A DNA stretch of 64,000 bases from Tubiluchus corallicola (GCA_030141605.1 JAQGDQ010000084.1:558001-622000), one strand, 5' to 3'. Shown: positions 1-13,531, numbered from the stretch's first letter. Numbers and translations are program-made. Notes: a model not told the origin generated them from the letters alone.

Positions 1-271
1 TTAAAATGCCCGTTACTGTGACATTTTCTTGTTGTTGATAACACAGTACTTCCAAAATTGCCAATTTTAGTGCTGTAGTTATATTTTACAATTTTATGTA
101 AAATTACTGAGAATTTGTTCTCAAACTATGTTTCCTGTGTAACTGTCATTGGATGTTTTAAATATTTAATTTTCTCACTAACATTCTGAGTGTTTCTGTA
201 TTTTAATATCCCTGAGTTATTCATTGAGAGTATAATTTCGGATAATAAGTAATATCGTTTATTTTTCGCAG

Positions 272-461
272 TAATAAGGAAGTAGAAATACCGACTCGTA
301 ACCTGCGTAGAGCGTCAGCGCCAACCAGTCTTGTTAATCCACTGCGGTTTGTAAAAACCCCAGAGTCTAATTTAAAGCAGAAAGCCATTGAGCAGATAAA
401 GCTGGTTGAACAAGTAAAGAAGAATAAAGAAGTTAAAGTCGAGGAAACTGATTGGCAGTCG
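272..461 (+). CDS. LMO7: Internal exon (NKEVEIP...NPLRFVK...EETDWQS), phase 2 to 0
   Basis: ttttcgcAG acceptor and GTAAGT donor; open frame containing the family motif. Confidence 0.9.
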
Positions 462-502
462 GTAAGTTTGGCTTCCTTGTGTGTCAAGTTATGTTAAGTA
501 AC

Positions 503-925
503 CAGTGGCGGCTTGTAGTTAAATTTAGTGGGGGCGCTGCTTCAGAAAATTTTTAGCCATTGTTTTTATATTGTGTAAAACGAAACAAACATATATATAA
601 ACTTACACTTACACAACAGGATCAGCACTGTGTGAGCGACAGTGCTTTTTCTATTTAGCATGCAGCTTCTTATCTTGGGCATGCACACAACAGCCAAACA
701 CCGTGTCGCTGGAACTGTGATGCGCACAGTTCCCTAAAAGAATTTTTGTAATTTTTTTCTTCAACTGGGGAAAGGCTACTGACATTAAGCTCAAGGATTA
801 TAAAATGTACAAGTATAAAGAAAGAATTAAAGAAAAAAGACTCATTATATTGAATATTATCGATGATATCAAGTGAAATTAGGGGGTGCTGCAGTGCTGC
901 TGTGTCTATACACAACCCGCCACTA
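503..925. mobile_element. hAT-like MITE
   Basis: TIRs CAGTGGCGGCTTGT / ACAACCCGCCACTA with a perfect 8-bp TSD, TAAGTAAC (495-502 and 926-933). Confidence 0.85.
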
Positions 926-1116
926 TAAGTAACTAAGGAGTTTATATCAAAAAATTTAGCAAAATATTGAAAATACACAACTTTGAAACCATTTAATTAT
1001 ATTAAATTAGCAAGGAAAAGTAGTCTATTAAAATTGTGAAAGGTATTTTTAATCCTAGTGTCAAAATTAAAAACATTCTATGTAATATAGAGCAATCGCC
1101 TTATATTATTAAAAAA

Positions 1117-1668
1117 TGGAAAGAGTTTATAATTCCCCACTCAAAAATACCCTAACCCTAATCCTAATCCTAATCCAAACCTGACACTAACCCCAATCCA
1201 ATCCCTAACCCCAACCCTACCCCTAATCCCAACCCTAATCTTCATCGAACCCTATCCCTAACCCCAACCCTATCCCTAATTCCAACCCTAATCCTATTCC
1301 AACACTAACCCTATCCCTAACCCCAACCCTATCCCTAATCCCAACCCTAACCCCAACCCTATCCCTAATCCTAATCCAACCCTAACCCCAACCTTATGCC
1401 TAATCCCAACCCTAACTGCAACCTTATCCCTAATTCCAACCCTATCCCTAATCCCAACCCTAACTCCAACCCTATCCCTAATCCCAACCCTATCCCAAAT
1501 TCCCTAATCCCAACCCTATCCCTAATCCCAACCATGACCCTAACTCCAACCCTAACCCCAACCCCAAAACCACCCAACACTAACCCTATCCCTAACAATA
1601 ATCCCAAACCTAATCCTAATCCTCCTAACAAACTGATCTCTTGTATGGGGAATTGTAAGCTTTAGCCA
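1117..1668. mobile_element. Inverted-repeat element enclosing a degenerate (CCCTAA)n telomere-like array
   Basis: Ends GAGTTTATAATTCCCCA and TGGGGAATTGTAAGCTT are near reverse complements; interior 1150-1630 is CCCTAA/CCCAAT/CCCTAT hexamers. Confidence 0.7.
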
Positions 1669-2022
1669 AAAAAGACTTACTAATGAAGGTTTCATTTAAT
1701 GTAATTTTAGTACTTGTTTAGTTGGCAGTTTTTTGGTACCTTATTAAAATACTCATAAGATATTATTCCTGCTTACGCTTACCTATTTTATTATGTTCGC
1801 TTTCATTGTTGGATTATGAAATCCATCAGCATTGATGTAATTAGTTACAATGACTAAGTGTCAATAACTGCTAAACATGCATTAGTTTTTTAGCATATTT
1901 ATGAATCCCTCGTCAGCCACACTAAAAGTCTTTTAGATAACTGATAGTTATAAGTGTTTGGGAAGTGAAAGTGACTGGTGCTTGGCAAACGTGGAATTGT
2001 TTAATCTTTCTGTTTATCGCAG

Positions 2023-2162
2023 AATTTAGATCACTGGAAAAGTCGAAGAAAGAGGTTATCTTGTGGTCAGCTGTCCAGGCAGGTAGAGCGAGATGAAACT
2101 GAAACCACTGACACGTACACGACTAGACCGTCCCGTTCTTTCAAATCCTTGATGGAGGATAG
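2023..2162 (+). CDS. LMO7: Internal exon (NLDHWKSRRKRLS...SFKSLMEDR), phase 0 to 2
   Basis: tatcgcAG acceptor and GTAGGT donor; continues the conserved motif from the previous exon. Confidence 0.92.
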
Positions 2163-2209
2163 GTAGGTTTAAAATATTATTCAACATTTTATAGCTGCAA
2201 GTAGTCATA

Positions 2210-3083
2210 TGAAAATAGGATGATTTTTTTATATCCCACTCCATGTTGAAGTACGGCAAAAATTATACATTTTAGGTCATTTAGGCCAAAAAGTTTCTGC
2301 TAATTAAATAATAGGTAAAAATTTAATTAATGCGAGACGCGTTCAACTGGTGATGACATCACAACTGAACATAATTTTTAACAGCACAAATATTCCACGA
2401 GCGTGTTGCACGTGTTTGCAAAAGCGAAAATTGAAGTACAGTGCTACTGTAAGAGATTAAGTGTGTTGTACTTAATCTAGGCAAGTTTTAACATAAAATT
2501 GAAATTTTAAATTTACTGCTGTGCTCACACAGGAGCTCTCGAATGTGTGTTTTGCATCACAAACGAACGAGTCTATAGTGAGAGGTACAGCACCTATTTT
2601 TTCATGCAACACGTTTCCAAAATGCAGGCGCTAGTGCCCATCTAACTAACAACATTCAGTGTGATGTACAAAAACTCGGCGAATTTTAAGATAAAAATTC
2701 AAATTTCAAGTTTACCAGTGTGCTCTTACATAAGCTCTCAAATGTGTGCACTACGTCGCAACTGAACACCTGTGAGCTGAGATAGATACAGCGGTTGCTT
2801 TTTGTGCAACACATTTCCGAGATTGAATATCTTACAGTATCACTGTATTTCAATTTTCGCTTTTGCAAACACGTGCAACACGCTTGTGGAATATTTTTGC
2901 TATTGAAAATTATGTTAGTTTGTGATATCATCAATAGTTGGACTCGCCCGCTGTTAATTAAGATTTTAATCTATTATTTAATTATTAGAAACACTTTTGC
3001 AGTATTAATTGTGTTAAAATGTATACTTTTGATCGGACTTTAAAATGGGCTAGTAATTGAAAAATCATCCTGTCTTCCTTTAA
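2210..3083. mobile_element. Fold-back composite of TTAA-ended MITE family A
   Basis: About 2300-2455 is the reverse complement of about 2828-2985. It ends AAAATCATCCTGTCTTCCTTTAA like the copies at about 12.1-12.8 kb and 50.8-51.0 kb. Confidence 0.75.
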
Positions 3084-3566
3084 GCAAATTTTCACAGTTT
3101 CAGCAATACATACAAAATGCTACTTCCGATAGTTTTGCACTGAACTTGAGAGAAAAGTAAGGTTGATTTTTCCTTTTAAGCTTGAGTTGATCTAGAGGTC
3201 ATAAATGTTGTGACACGCTTGATAAATGAATCGTTTCGTTACATATTTTAAACATGTTTCACAGTGGTAAATATGTGTAATGAGTAATGACATTAGAGAG
3301 CATTAGTGACAGGTAAAAATGGTTATACCTGTTTGCTTTTCCTTGCTCGTACTTACAGCCGTGTAACAGTTACAAGGATACTTGCAGCAGGCATTCTTCA
3401 AATTGTCATTAGGAATGAGAGTATTGAACGGGATTACTGTTACACAACACATGGCTAATTATTTTTTTGTTTCGCGAGCTGACCGCTAGTTGGCGGGCTG
3501 TCACTTTATTTACGTCATTCCATCAGTGTAACCACATGTATACCTCTATATATAATAAATAAATAA

Positions 3567-3598
<32 letters not shown>

Positions 3599-4395
3599 AT
3601 AATAAATAAAAAACTTCAAAACTAAAAACTGCATATTTAAAAATGCAGAGTTAATTATTTGAGTCAATTGCTGACAGTTTTTATATACTGTCAGAAGAGG
3701 CCCGTACTAGACGTTTTTCAGACAGTTAGACGATTGATTCTACATTACTGTGAGTCTAATACACGGCATCTGCTGTATTAGCTTGTATAGGTAAATATGG
3801 ACAATTGGCAAATTTGGACCGACGTCTCCCCGTTTTTGCCAGGGCAAACTGAGATACGAGTGTACATGTTTCCCCATAATAACATTGCTAAAGCCGTATC
3901 TATTGTAAAACCTTAGCAAAACTCTGAATGAAAGTTCAGTATAGAAACTTTCCACATATATATTATATAGTAACTATTTTGCTAGTTGTGAATATAGTTT
4001 TCCAATATTTTTATCGAGGTCTGACCTTGTTGAAGATTGTATAATATGCTGGTAAGTGGGGTCATAGGTTTGAGCCTGGCTAGCAGGTTTTGTTTGGAGG
4101 GGAATTTGTGTCAGTTTGGGGTTTTGAATGGGACTTTGTTTGGTTGTGGGAGATTAGCATGTGTGGAATGTTTGGGTCTAAGAGATTTTTCTTTAAGTCT
4201 GTAATTTCTTTCGGAATGTTTTGATATCCAAGTCTGTATGTGCAGCTTGCATGTTTCCAAAATGCGGCAGTCAGATGCCTGCTGCTTGCCGTGTCTTTGA
4301 TTGTACGGTTAAGTGGAGAAAAAAATTCAATTTGATCAGGGTGCAGGAAGTGAATTGCATCTTTTTGGCAGGGTGTATTTAATTTCACTTGTAAG

Positions 4396-4905
4396 CAGGA
4401 ATATGGAGTTGATGCATTGAACTCCTGTTTCTGGCTCCGACTCCGATTCCTATAATTTTAGGAGCTTCAACTCCCGACTCTCCTCCAACTCCTATAATTT
4501 TAGGAGCTCCAACTCCCGGCTCTGACTCTAACTCCTAGAATTTTAGAAGCTACAACTCCGATCCTGACTCTGACTCCTAGAATTTTAGGAACCCCAACTC
4601 CAACTTCTACTCCTGCCTTTAAGTAATATTTTGTAGTACTCTCAATATTTAGCTACAGTAGCATTTCATCACTACTTCTTATGCTTGAAATTAATATGAA
4701 AGCTTTCCAAAAAGAGTTATGCATAGATGCGTTAAAAGTTAAAAGTAACTGGAGTTTGAATTTGTCTATTTTTATCGACTCCAACACAGACTCCTCTAAC
4801 AGTAAGTGTACTCCCGAGTCCCGACTTCGACTACAAAACCCTTAGTTTTAACAACTCTGAGTCCTTTAGCAGTAAATTTACTGCTGACTCAGACTCCCCA
4901 GCCTG
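4396..4905. mobile_element. hAT-like MITE with internal ~39-bp (GACTCC-rich) tandem repeats
   Basis: CAGG...CCTG termini with a perfect 8-bp TSD, CTTGTAAG (4388-4395 and 4906-4913). Confidence 0.85.
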
Positions 4906-5669
4906 CTTGTAAGACAGACCATTTCAGTTGGAGAAAATATCAAAATACCTGCATCACTGAATATAGATCTGTGTATGACTGGTGCATTGCTTGCATGCTG
5001 TGTCAACTGATTTAGAAGTTTAGAAGTTGAACATCTTGTATTTAATTAATGAACTAATCTGTATCTGAATCAATTTCACCATAGTTAATAACATACTTAG
5101 GGTAACCAATAGGCAGCTTTGAAACATTATCGGTTTTGTCGTTTCTTACGTTTCAGACGAATATCAGAAACCAAGTTGGTCTCAAAAATCCGTAAGAAAA
5201 AAATTTGAAATTGCCGCAACCTCGTAGTGGCTTAATACTATTGAGCTTTGTAACTGTGTAAAGTAATTGTTCGAAATAAAATTTTCCAACAGCTAATCGC
5301 ATTAATTGCACGTATGAGGGCGTCATTTGTGTGTCATAATTGGTGTTTCATTTTTGCTGGTAGGTGAGGAAGTGACATCATACATTTTGAGCTACAGGCT
5401 TGCTCTTTAAAACAATTAAAGCTAGCCTGCTTCGTTATATTTTTCTTTTACATAATAATTACCTTGTACTTTGTTTTTGTATTCTTTGGTTTTTGTATAA
5501 TCAGCATGTTTCATGGCAGAGTCTACGTAACATTGTAGGTTGTGGTAGAACTGGTACATTAGTGATAAATGGGGTAGTTCATTTTGAATGAAATGTTGAA
5601 CTGGTAGCGGTATCTTAACCTCATTTAAGTGTACACTCAAAATGAAAAGTGTCCAAAAGCATTTTCTTG

Positions 5670-5740
5670 GTGGTCAGTGGTCACCCATCCATTTGCACTA
5701 ACCAAGCTTAACTTTCACGCTCAAGCAAATCAGCTGTTTG
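5670..5740 (-). mobile_element. Decayed 5S rRNA-derived (SINE3-like) fragment
   Basis: Minus strand reads GTTAAGCTTGGTTAGTGCAAATGGATGGGTGACC, resembling the 5S internal promoter region (A/IE/C boxes). Confidence 0.5.
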
Positions 5741-6270
5741 CCTCTTGGCAGGAGCAAACTAACCCAGATTTTGTTTCGCATTAATTCTTAAAAAGATTTC
5801 TCTGCACATGTTTTATACGTTTTTCTGCGTGTTAAACAGATGTTGGTTGAGAATGGTTTACGTCTACAATTCCTGTGACATTCACTTTAATTTAAAACAT
5901 TTGAAAGTCCGTCTGTGGGAGACATCGTAGAACTGTTACACATGCTCACAATATGTCGTCCCGACAGTAATGCTGACTGGTTTATCTCTTCATTTCACGT
6001 GTTCGCTTTCTGCATCTTGAATAAAGAAAAAGCGCTTCGTAGCTTATAGAGTTTTTCAATTCGTTCTGTTTTTGATAAATACTACAGCTTGGCAGGGGGT
6101 GGTGGTGGTGTGTGTAATTTCCTTTGGCATCTGGATCATTTCAGCAATTCAATTATGATGTTTCTTTGTGTTCCTAATTTATATCATGCCAAAGTGACTT
6201 TAAATTATTTTGGTCTGAAACAAAAAAAACAAATGTTATACTATAATTATGAGGAATAAATTAATTGTGC

Positions 6271-6512
6271 ACCAGTTCTTGTCCTAATGGATTATAGTTA
6301 TGCATTGTTAGGCCTGCTGTGGTGAGTAGCTGGATAGATGACCATTAGAATTTGTAGTTGACTGTTTTTATTCACTATAAATCGTTGAAACAATATATTG
6401 TCCACCATTCCTTGTCGTAATGGATTATAGTTATGCAGTGTTAGGCCTGCTCTGGTGAGTAACTGGATCGATGACCATTAGAATTTGTAGTTGATTCGCT
6501 ATAAATCGTTGA
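6271..6512 (+). repeat. Two-copy ~130-bp tandem duplication containing 5S-like sequence
   Basis: GTTATGCA..GTTAGGCCTGCT.TGGTGAGTA.CTGGAT.GATGACC occurs twice. Confidence 0.65.
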
Positions 6513-6783
6513 AGCATGTTGTATCAGGGAAAGAATGCCGTAAACCTACTTAAACCCTTTGTTCTGTTAGTCCAATAACATCTAGATGCATTTTCATCTT
6601 GGCCTTGACTGCAGGAACTAATTGCTATTGCAGTTGTACTCAAGTAGTTACTTAGCTTTCTTGAATTAATGAATACTAAAAACGTAAATCTATGCTAAAA
6701 CAATTATTGTTTCAATGTGGGTAAACTATACAAGGTAGCATGAGTAAAATTATTCATAGATCAAGCTTTAATCAGGTTTTACC

Positions 6784-7144
6784 AATAAGCCTTTTCACAG
6801 TTTCTGCGATTGATGATGATCATGAAAAGGTCAAAGGTTAAATGTACCAGACAACGCATTTGCGTACACTTGACAATGTCTCGCAGCTCATGCTATTGTA
6901 ATAGTAACAGTTTTAACAGCTAGCTAGAATCTTACCTAGTTCATTTTTTCTTGTTCTCAAGCAAGACCCTGCTAGTAAATCACTACTCACAGACTAATGT
7001 ATAATTAAGTAAAGTCAATGCAAAACAACTGAAACTACTGAACTGATGTGGCAGACGGCTTTGCTTTACCGGCATGTCACATGACGGTTGTAGTTAAGAC
7101 ACATCGCCTTGGTACCCTAACCTTTGGCCTACATCAAGTGCCCG

Positions 7145-7146
<2 letters not shown>
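6784..7146 (+). mobile_element. MITE family E, truncated copy
   Basis: Reverse complement of the copies at about 29.0-29.4 kb and 50.0-50.4 kb. Confidence 0.75.
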
Positions 7147-7184
<38 letters not shown>

Positions 7185-7212
7185 GTTGTTATCATTGTTC
7201 TTGTTATTGTTG
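7146..7212. repeat. (TAT)n/(TGT)n microsatellite abutting a splice acceptor
   Basis: Read directly; it produces the poly-Tyr run in ORF 7124-7576. Confidence 0.9.
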
Positions 7213-7218
7213 TTTTAG

Positions 7219-7372
7219 GGCACGCATACAACAAGACTTGGATGCAACCGGAGGCCTGGACTATAAACCACAAAGCGGAATACTCAGTACCACTGGACTG
7301 GCCATGAGCTTCAGTTCATCTACAAAGAGCGATACACAATCTGACACACAATCTGACACTAACGAACTCAAG
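7219..7372 (+). CDS. LMO7: Internal exon (ARIQQDLDATGG...TNELK), phase 2 to 0
   Basis: ttttAG acceptor and AAG|GTACGT donor; phase matches both neighbours. Confidence 0.85.
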
Positions 7373-7535
7373 GTACGTCAGCTAGTGAGCCAAAATATTC
7401 ATTTCAGAAGTGACTTGGTTCTATGGCTCAGGCATTTGCACAGTCACATACTGCCTGAGCTTAAAGAACTTTGCAAAAAGAAATTCGCTAAATCTTGTGT
7501 TCGAGATGATATTTTTTCACTGCAGCTTGACTTAA

Positions 7536-10293
7536 GAACGAGTCCGCGAGAGCACCATGCAGAGGGTGGCACATGACGGATGACGAATTTATATCATTTT
7601 TTTCTAACATGAAGGTCGACCCCCCAAAACCACGTAACCAAGATATCAAATTGATCGAGCTACTATTGGCAGAGAAATGACCACATCAAGAAATTGACCT
7701 CAAAAGAGGCAAAAAATCGCTATTTTGGGGGGTTATTTTAACTTTTTCTCCTGTATAAACTATTACAGATGGATCGATGTAAGTTGGCTGGTACATAGAC
7801 CCAGACATTGTCTTCTGATATCCTAACCTTTTCTGACATACTATTAATAGTATCAGAGAACGGCATTTTTCAAATTCGGCTCTTTGTTAAGAGTCCAGGG
7901 AGAGGTTAAGTTGTAAGACTCATAACTCGCCCACTGCGGGGCTACAGAACTTCTGGTTTTCATGTATGTGTTAACCATCATCCTAACTAATAATATAAAA
8001 AAGAAAATTCGCTGGAGCCTGTTTCAGTATTTAGTACTGGCACTTTAAAATTTCACAAAAATCAGCAAAATTCCCCCTTTTTTGTAGTTTTTCAATATTT
8101 TTTCTATCTGTATGCTGCATTATAAGTGACAAATATGTATTCTAAATTTCATGAAAATGCACGAGCTGAGATAATATCACGAATGACATTATATAAAGGG
8201 GCACTGTTAGAAAAAACTGCCATATCAACACACTTTTTTGCTTTCCATAGTAATTCCGTCCATGTGTAAAAAGTAGACGTACATGGCTCAGGTCGTATAT
8301 GACAGTAGACATTTAGCCACGTTGAACATGCATTTTCTGTGACTAGTGCTCTCATTTCCTAGTAGCAATAGATTCCTTTGCCATGGAAATTGCTAGAAAT
8401 TTGCGAATTTCATCTTAAATTGGTTTAGTTATGTCGGAATTTTCATATGACTACAAATATGAATAATTGCCTCTTCTGATGGATTTCTGGACAGGACATC
8501 ATGCATGCCCCAGGTACTGAGTCCGACCTTGATTCAAGGCATTCTCTACACACTGAATCGCTAGTGGATACCAGGAAAGACTAAACAATAAGCCCTCTAA
8601 TAGAAAAGAAGTACCGATTGTTAAGATTGAGAGTCATTGCTAGCGAAAGAATCTGACAACGCTTGGTATATACATATAAATTAGAAATCCGTTCATTTTT
8701 ATACATTCGTAGATTTTTTATACATTTATATGAATAAGCTTCATTGCTATACATAGAAGATTATGAATATCAGTACAAAAATGAAAAACTACAAAACTCA
8801 GTCAGCATTAATTTCTCTAAGTCCAAAATACTGTTCCTATTGTAGCAGCATAATCCTAGCACTGAAGAGTAGTACAAGTAATCAAAACCGTAATATCTAA
8901 ATAATAGAGAAAGAATTATCGATGCAGGTAGATTATCCCTAGAAGATAGATACAGAAATATAGACAAATATATCATGGGGAAAGTGATAAAGCGAAAATC
9001 TTACAGTCTAAACACGAGACAATATAAGCACATGGGCCGCTTCTAGGGGGATGGCGGTGACATTTAGCTCAGAAAATTTTTCTTCGCCCAAAATTATTTG
9101 TGGCACAAAATCGATATTTCTGACAAAAAATATTAATAGTGCGATTGAATGACTGCGCCAATGGCACAAAAATTTTCGATGTTTTACAGTCAAAAAATCA
9201 CCGGACAAATGATATTTTGGGGGGAGTCTATCCCATACATTTTGGGCATTCGCTCAGATGTAGGGCAATTTTCTTTGTGTTCTGGCTTGTACACCTATGT
9301 AAGACAATGAGTAATAACTAGGTAATAACCTGCACATAACATTTACAAAGCATAGAAAATAAACAGTACATAAAACATTTTCCAGTCCTTGCAAGAAGCA
9401 ATTTCCATTCCATAGATATTTCATTTGTTTGAAGATGGAAGCGCTCTAAATGTGGTCTAGTGTCTTTAGTACAGGCTAATAGATTCACAATACTCGTTTC
9501 GTGCGGATTACTAGTCAGAATACCGCATTTAACGCTGGTAAGCAGCCCAGAAAATGAACATTTTAGTTCAGCAGTGGCCGCCATCTTGAATGCTAGAGTC
9601 CAGTCCTGTCGGTAGTTTAAGCAATGTGCTGTCCAGGCCCCTAGTTGCCAAAGATGAATATTTATGACGTTTTGAGGTATTTTGACAAGATTTGACAACT
9701 CATGTTACCTACACGAAGCTTTTTGATGAAGGTTGTTACCTATATTTTCACCCTGATATATGCCTCTTTCAAGGGTCATTTACAATAGGGTGGAAATTCG
9801 CTCCATCGAAATTGTCACTGCACCATAGTGGGATGGGATGCTCTATTCACATACATATCGATATTTTTGTTCCCGCCCCCGCAGTGGGTGAGATATAAGA
9901 CTTTGAAATGACGGAGTATTTGCATCTTGTGCGTAATACGAGCTTAAAGGCCCCCAGTAGAGCCGAAAGAGGGGGGTTTGGGACAAAAATCGAAAAGTCA
10001 TTTTGGAGAAGATAACAAGATCCAATACTGTGCAGAGTCAGATCTATTCAAACTCAGTGGTTGTTGCATGGTTAATCCTTCAAATATGAGTAAAAAAATA
10101 GAGAAAAATAGGCATTTTTTCATGAAAATCGGCCTATGCCGTACCTCTGCTACTATGAGGAGTTGGACCAAACGGATTCACATAGTGAATACTAGTGACT
10201 AGTGGACCTCACACCCGAACTTTGGTCCGAATCGGTTACCTAGCCTTGTGCCGGAATTTTTCGATTTTGCATGGTCTTCTCGCGGTCGCGTTC
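7536..10293. mobile_element. ~2.76-kb non-autonomous TTAA-target DNA transposon (Kolobok-like)
   Basis: TTAA|GAACGAGTCCGCGAGAGCACCATGCA ... TGCATGGTCTTCTCGCGGTCGCGTTC|TTAA, an imperfect ~26-bp TIR; no transposase ORF seen. Confidence 0.8.
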
Positions 10294-10304
10294 TTAAGGA
10301 CTTG

Positions 10305-10723
10305 CAGGGCTCCCATGGTCAGGGAAAATCCTGGAAAATCCTTGACAATACATGCTATCCTGGAAAGTCCTGGAAAAGTCAGGGGAAAAGTTAATTTGGT
10401 AAAAAGTCAGGGAAATTGGAAAGGGTTGCAAAAATAATCACCGTGAACCGATATTTTTCCAAACGTATTTTTCAGTGATTCGTGTTCAAATGAAATTTTC
10501 TTATGGCAGGTTTCTAGTTTCGATTTCTGTTCCAACAATAATGATTGGCCGACACCTTATATATCAGTATACGTATGAATGTCAATACACAAAAATGTTT
10601 GAATATGTATACTGATAATACAATTTCTGCTAATCTTGGTCATCGAAAATCAATATTTGGCCAGGGAAAAATCATGGATGAAAAAGTCAGGGAAATTCAT
10701 TTTAAAATTCTATAGGAAGTCTG
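10305..10723. mobile_element. MITE with CAG...CTG ends and GTCAGGGAAA subterminal repeats
   Basis: Several (GT)CAGGG(G)AAA / CCTGGAAA motifs; flanked by the direct repeat ACTTG. Confidence 0.65.
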
Positions 10724-11181
10724 ACTTGTAATTACTGTGCAATGTACTATGTGTACTATGAGTACTATTCTATAAAAGCTAATACATGTATTATATCCTA
10801 ATTAAAAACCTAATGGATGATCAAAGTGTGAAAATAGATCTGTAAAGAATTACACTCTCTCATTTTCAAAATAGTTTTAATGATTTTTTTGCTATAATTG
10901 TGTTACTTTCTTAATCAGGGCATTAGTGTTATTGCGTGTCAGTTGTCAGTTTTCCCGATTGGTTATGTATGATATATGATTGGTGCTTCTAATATGTGGA
11001 AAAAAGTTCAAATCAAAGTTATCATTTGGCTTATAGATAATCTTGAATGAGAAAAGTATTGTTTATTTGTTGACAAAAGTTGTAAAACAAAAAACTGTTC
11101 TTTTTTAAGTTTTCACAGAATTACTGTATATGCAAGAGCAGTGTTTGTGACAGTAGGTTTAGTTTTGTATGCCTTTAACAG

Positions 11182-11322
11182 ATGGAGCCACCCGCTGATG
11201 CACCTGTTAAAGCAGAAGGTGTGTTCACTGCCAAAGTTCAGTTGCGTGGTGGAGTAGATGCTTCCCCTACTGCTATCAGGGAAGTTATTACTAAAGAGGT
11301 AGCTCCATCTCGTGTGAAACAG
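11182..11322 (+). CDS. LMO7: Internal exon (MEPPADAPVKAEG...PSRVKQ), phase 0 to 0
   Basis: ctttaacAG acceptor and CAG|GTAAGC donor; open 141-nt frame. Confidence 0.85.
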
Positions 11323-12135
11323 GTAAGCTATTTGCTTGTAAAATAATTAGACTTTGTGCTATAATAAATAAACCAATCAGTAAAACGGTTCTCTTATGTG
11401 GAAAGTATTAGTGTAGGTTTGTTTGAATTTGTATAATTTTAAAGCACAACAAAACCCTTTGCTTGCATAACTGAAAAAAAAATCATCTTGAAATTTTTTA
11501 TCGCTTACCCGCCATCTTATTGCGTGCAGAGCTTGTGTAGGCAACAATGCTGTGTAAAACTTGTAAATTTAAACTCGAGTGTTACATTACAAACAGTACA
11601 TTTTACATTTATATTGGGCAAAGCCAATAATAATGATGGGTCATTTAAAACCAGTTTAGATTGCATAAGTGTAAATTTGAAGAAAGAGCATTTTTCCACT
11701 CTTCACTGACTAAGTAAAAGTATGAATTACCGTATGTTGTGAATTAGATTAAAAGTATGTTTTTTTGTTTGTGAGTCCTGTGGTGCACACTGGAAAGGTG
11801 AGACAGTGGCATTTTAAAATAGCTTTTTGTTCCCATTTACATAATAATTATGACTCATTCGTGTATCTCACTTGGCAAAAGTTGAACTAGCATGTTGTTG
11901 ATGCTCAGTTGTCTATGTAAGTTTCACTTTTGAAACACTCCATTCCGGAAATACTCAAGACACAAAATGATGATTAATTTGCTAAGCTTGTCTAATGTAA
12001 AATAAATAAGCACTTTTAGCTGTAGCATTCTTACTCAATTCGGCACACCGCAGGCTGATATCCAGCACTCAACGACTACTTATTTTCCTGGTGGTTGTAG
12101 CAGGACCAATACCTATTCATTATCAAGGATAATTG

Positions 12136-12776
12136 TTAAAGGAAAACTGGACCCATTCTTAAACTGTAGGTCAAAACAATCTACACTTTAAAATATTGAA
12201 AAGAAACGTACTATTTTTTTCAAAAATGACTTGCATAACGGTATTATTACCACACAAACACAATTTTGCATTCGCGCCACTAGTTCTTCGCTGTTAAATG
12301 CATTTCGCCATTCGCGAGTTACACGGGCACTAGCGCCTGCATTTCGGAAACACATTGCACAAAAACTGGTGCTGTGTCTCTCAGTTCAGATGTGTTAGTT
12401 TGTGACGAATTGCACACGTTCGACAGCTCATGCTTGAGCACAGCGATAAATTTGAAATTAGAATTTTTATCTTAAAATTTGCCTAGCTTTAGTACAACAC
12501 AGTGAATATCTGACAGTAGCACTGTACTTCAATTTTCGCTTTCACAAACACGTGCAACACGCTCGTGGAATGTTTTTGCTGTTGAAAATTATGTTAGTTT
12601 GCATTGCCATCAATAGGTGGAGCATTAATTAAGTCTTTAAACTATCAAACAACTATCAGAAATGCTTTTCCACTATTATTGCTGTTAAAATGTATACTTT
12701 TTACCATACTTAAAAATGTATATGAGTAGAAGGGCAGTATATGGCAGGGATGAAAAATCATCTTGTCTTCCTTTAA
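12136..12776 (+). mobile_element. TTAA-flanked MITE family A (Kolobok/T2-like), full-length
   Basis: TTAAAGGAAA ... TCTTCCTTTAA termini; related pieces at 2.2-3.1 kb, 44375-44470 and 50762-51001. Confidence 0.8.
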
Positions 12777-13531
12777 GATGAGTTACTGAACTGGCAGATG
12801 TGTTTTAGCCACATTTGGCTGTTTCATTTAGATGATGTAGACTATTATTTTCTTCAATGAGGAAGTAGCAGGAGGCAGTATTGTGGATGTAACAACTGTT
12901 TTTTTGGCAATCATGCATGCGTATACTAACCAAGTCCACTGTTACTTAACTTTAGATTTCCGAGTGCACACTGACAATTCAGCTATATCGGCATACTGGC
13001 AAAATTTTTGTCTCACTGGCCCCCTTTTGATAGATACACCAAACTGGTGCAATTTACATACGATTTGTTCCGCTAGAACTTACAAATTAGGAGGTATTTT
13101 TGACGATAACAAAACCATTAGTAAACTATGGTATTTTATTTCACACATATAACAGAACACATTTACAAAAATAGCATTATCAATGGGCAAATTTGGTTTG
13201 TGTGAGGGGAGTGTAGGACCAAGTGGGCATTTACACACTCTCCTTACATATTAGATGGTATAATTAGTTCATGGGGCCTGTAGAAAATTTATACAACTAT
13301 TACTATTATATTAACGTAGCAAGACAATAATTATTAGTATTAAAAAATTAGAATTAATTTATACAGAATTAGTCAATAATTTGATATGATTTGATATGGC
13401 GACTTACAAGCAAAACTGAAGAAGATAATAACAGTAATATTTGTGATGAGAGAAGGTTAATTATTGTATAATATTAAATAAACAAAACTAAGTATTAAAG
13501 AGGTAGGAAGTATTGAGAAGATTAGAAAATC

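Noticed and set aside
1371-1665. Gly-Leu and Pro-Asn repeat ORFs; possible chromosome end
   Set aside because: Degenerate telomere-like tract inside an intron and bounded by TIRs; neither coding nor a true telomere.
3740-4388. Minus-strand ORFs possibly from a LINE
   Set aside because: Motifs are too weak to assign by eye.
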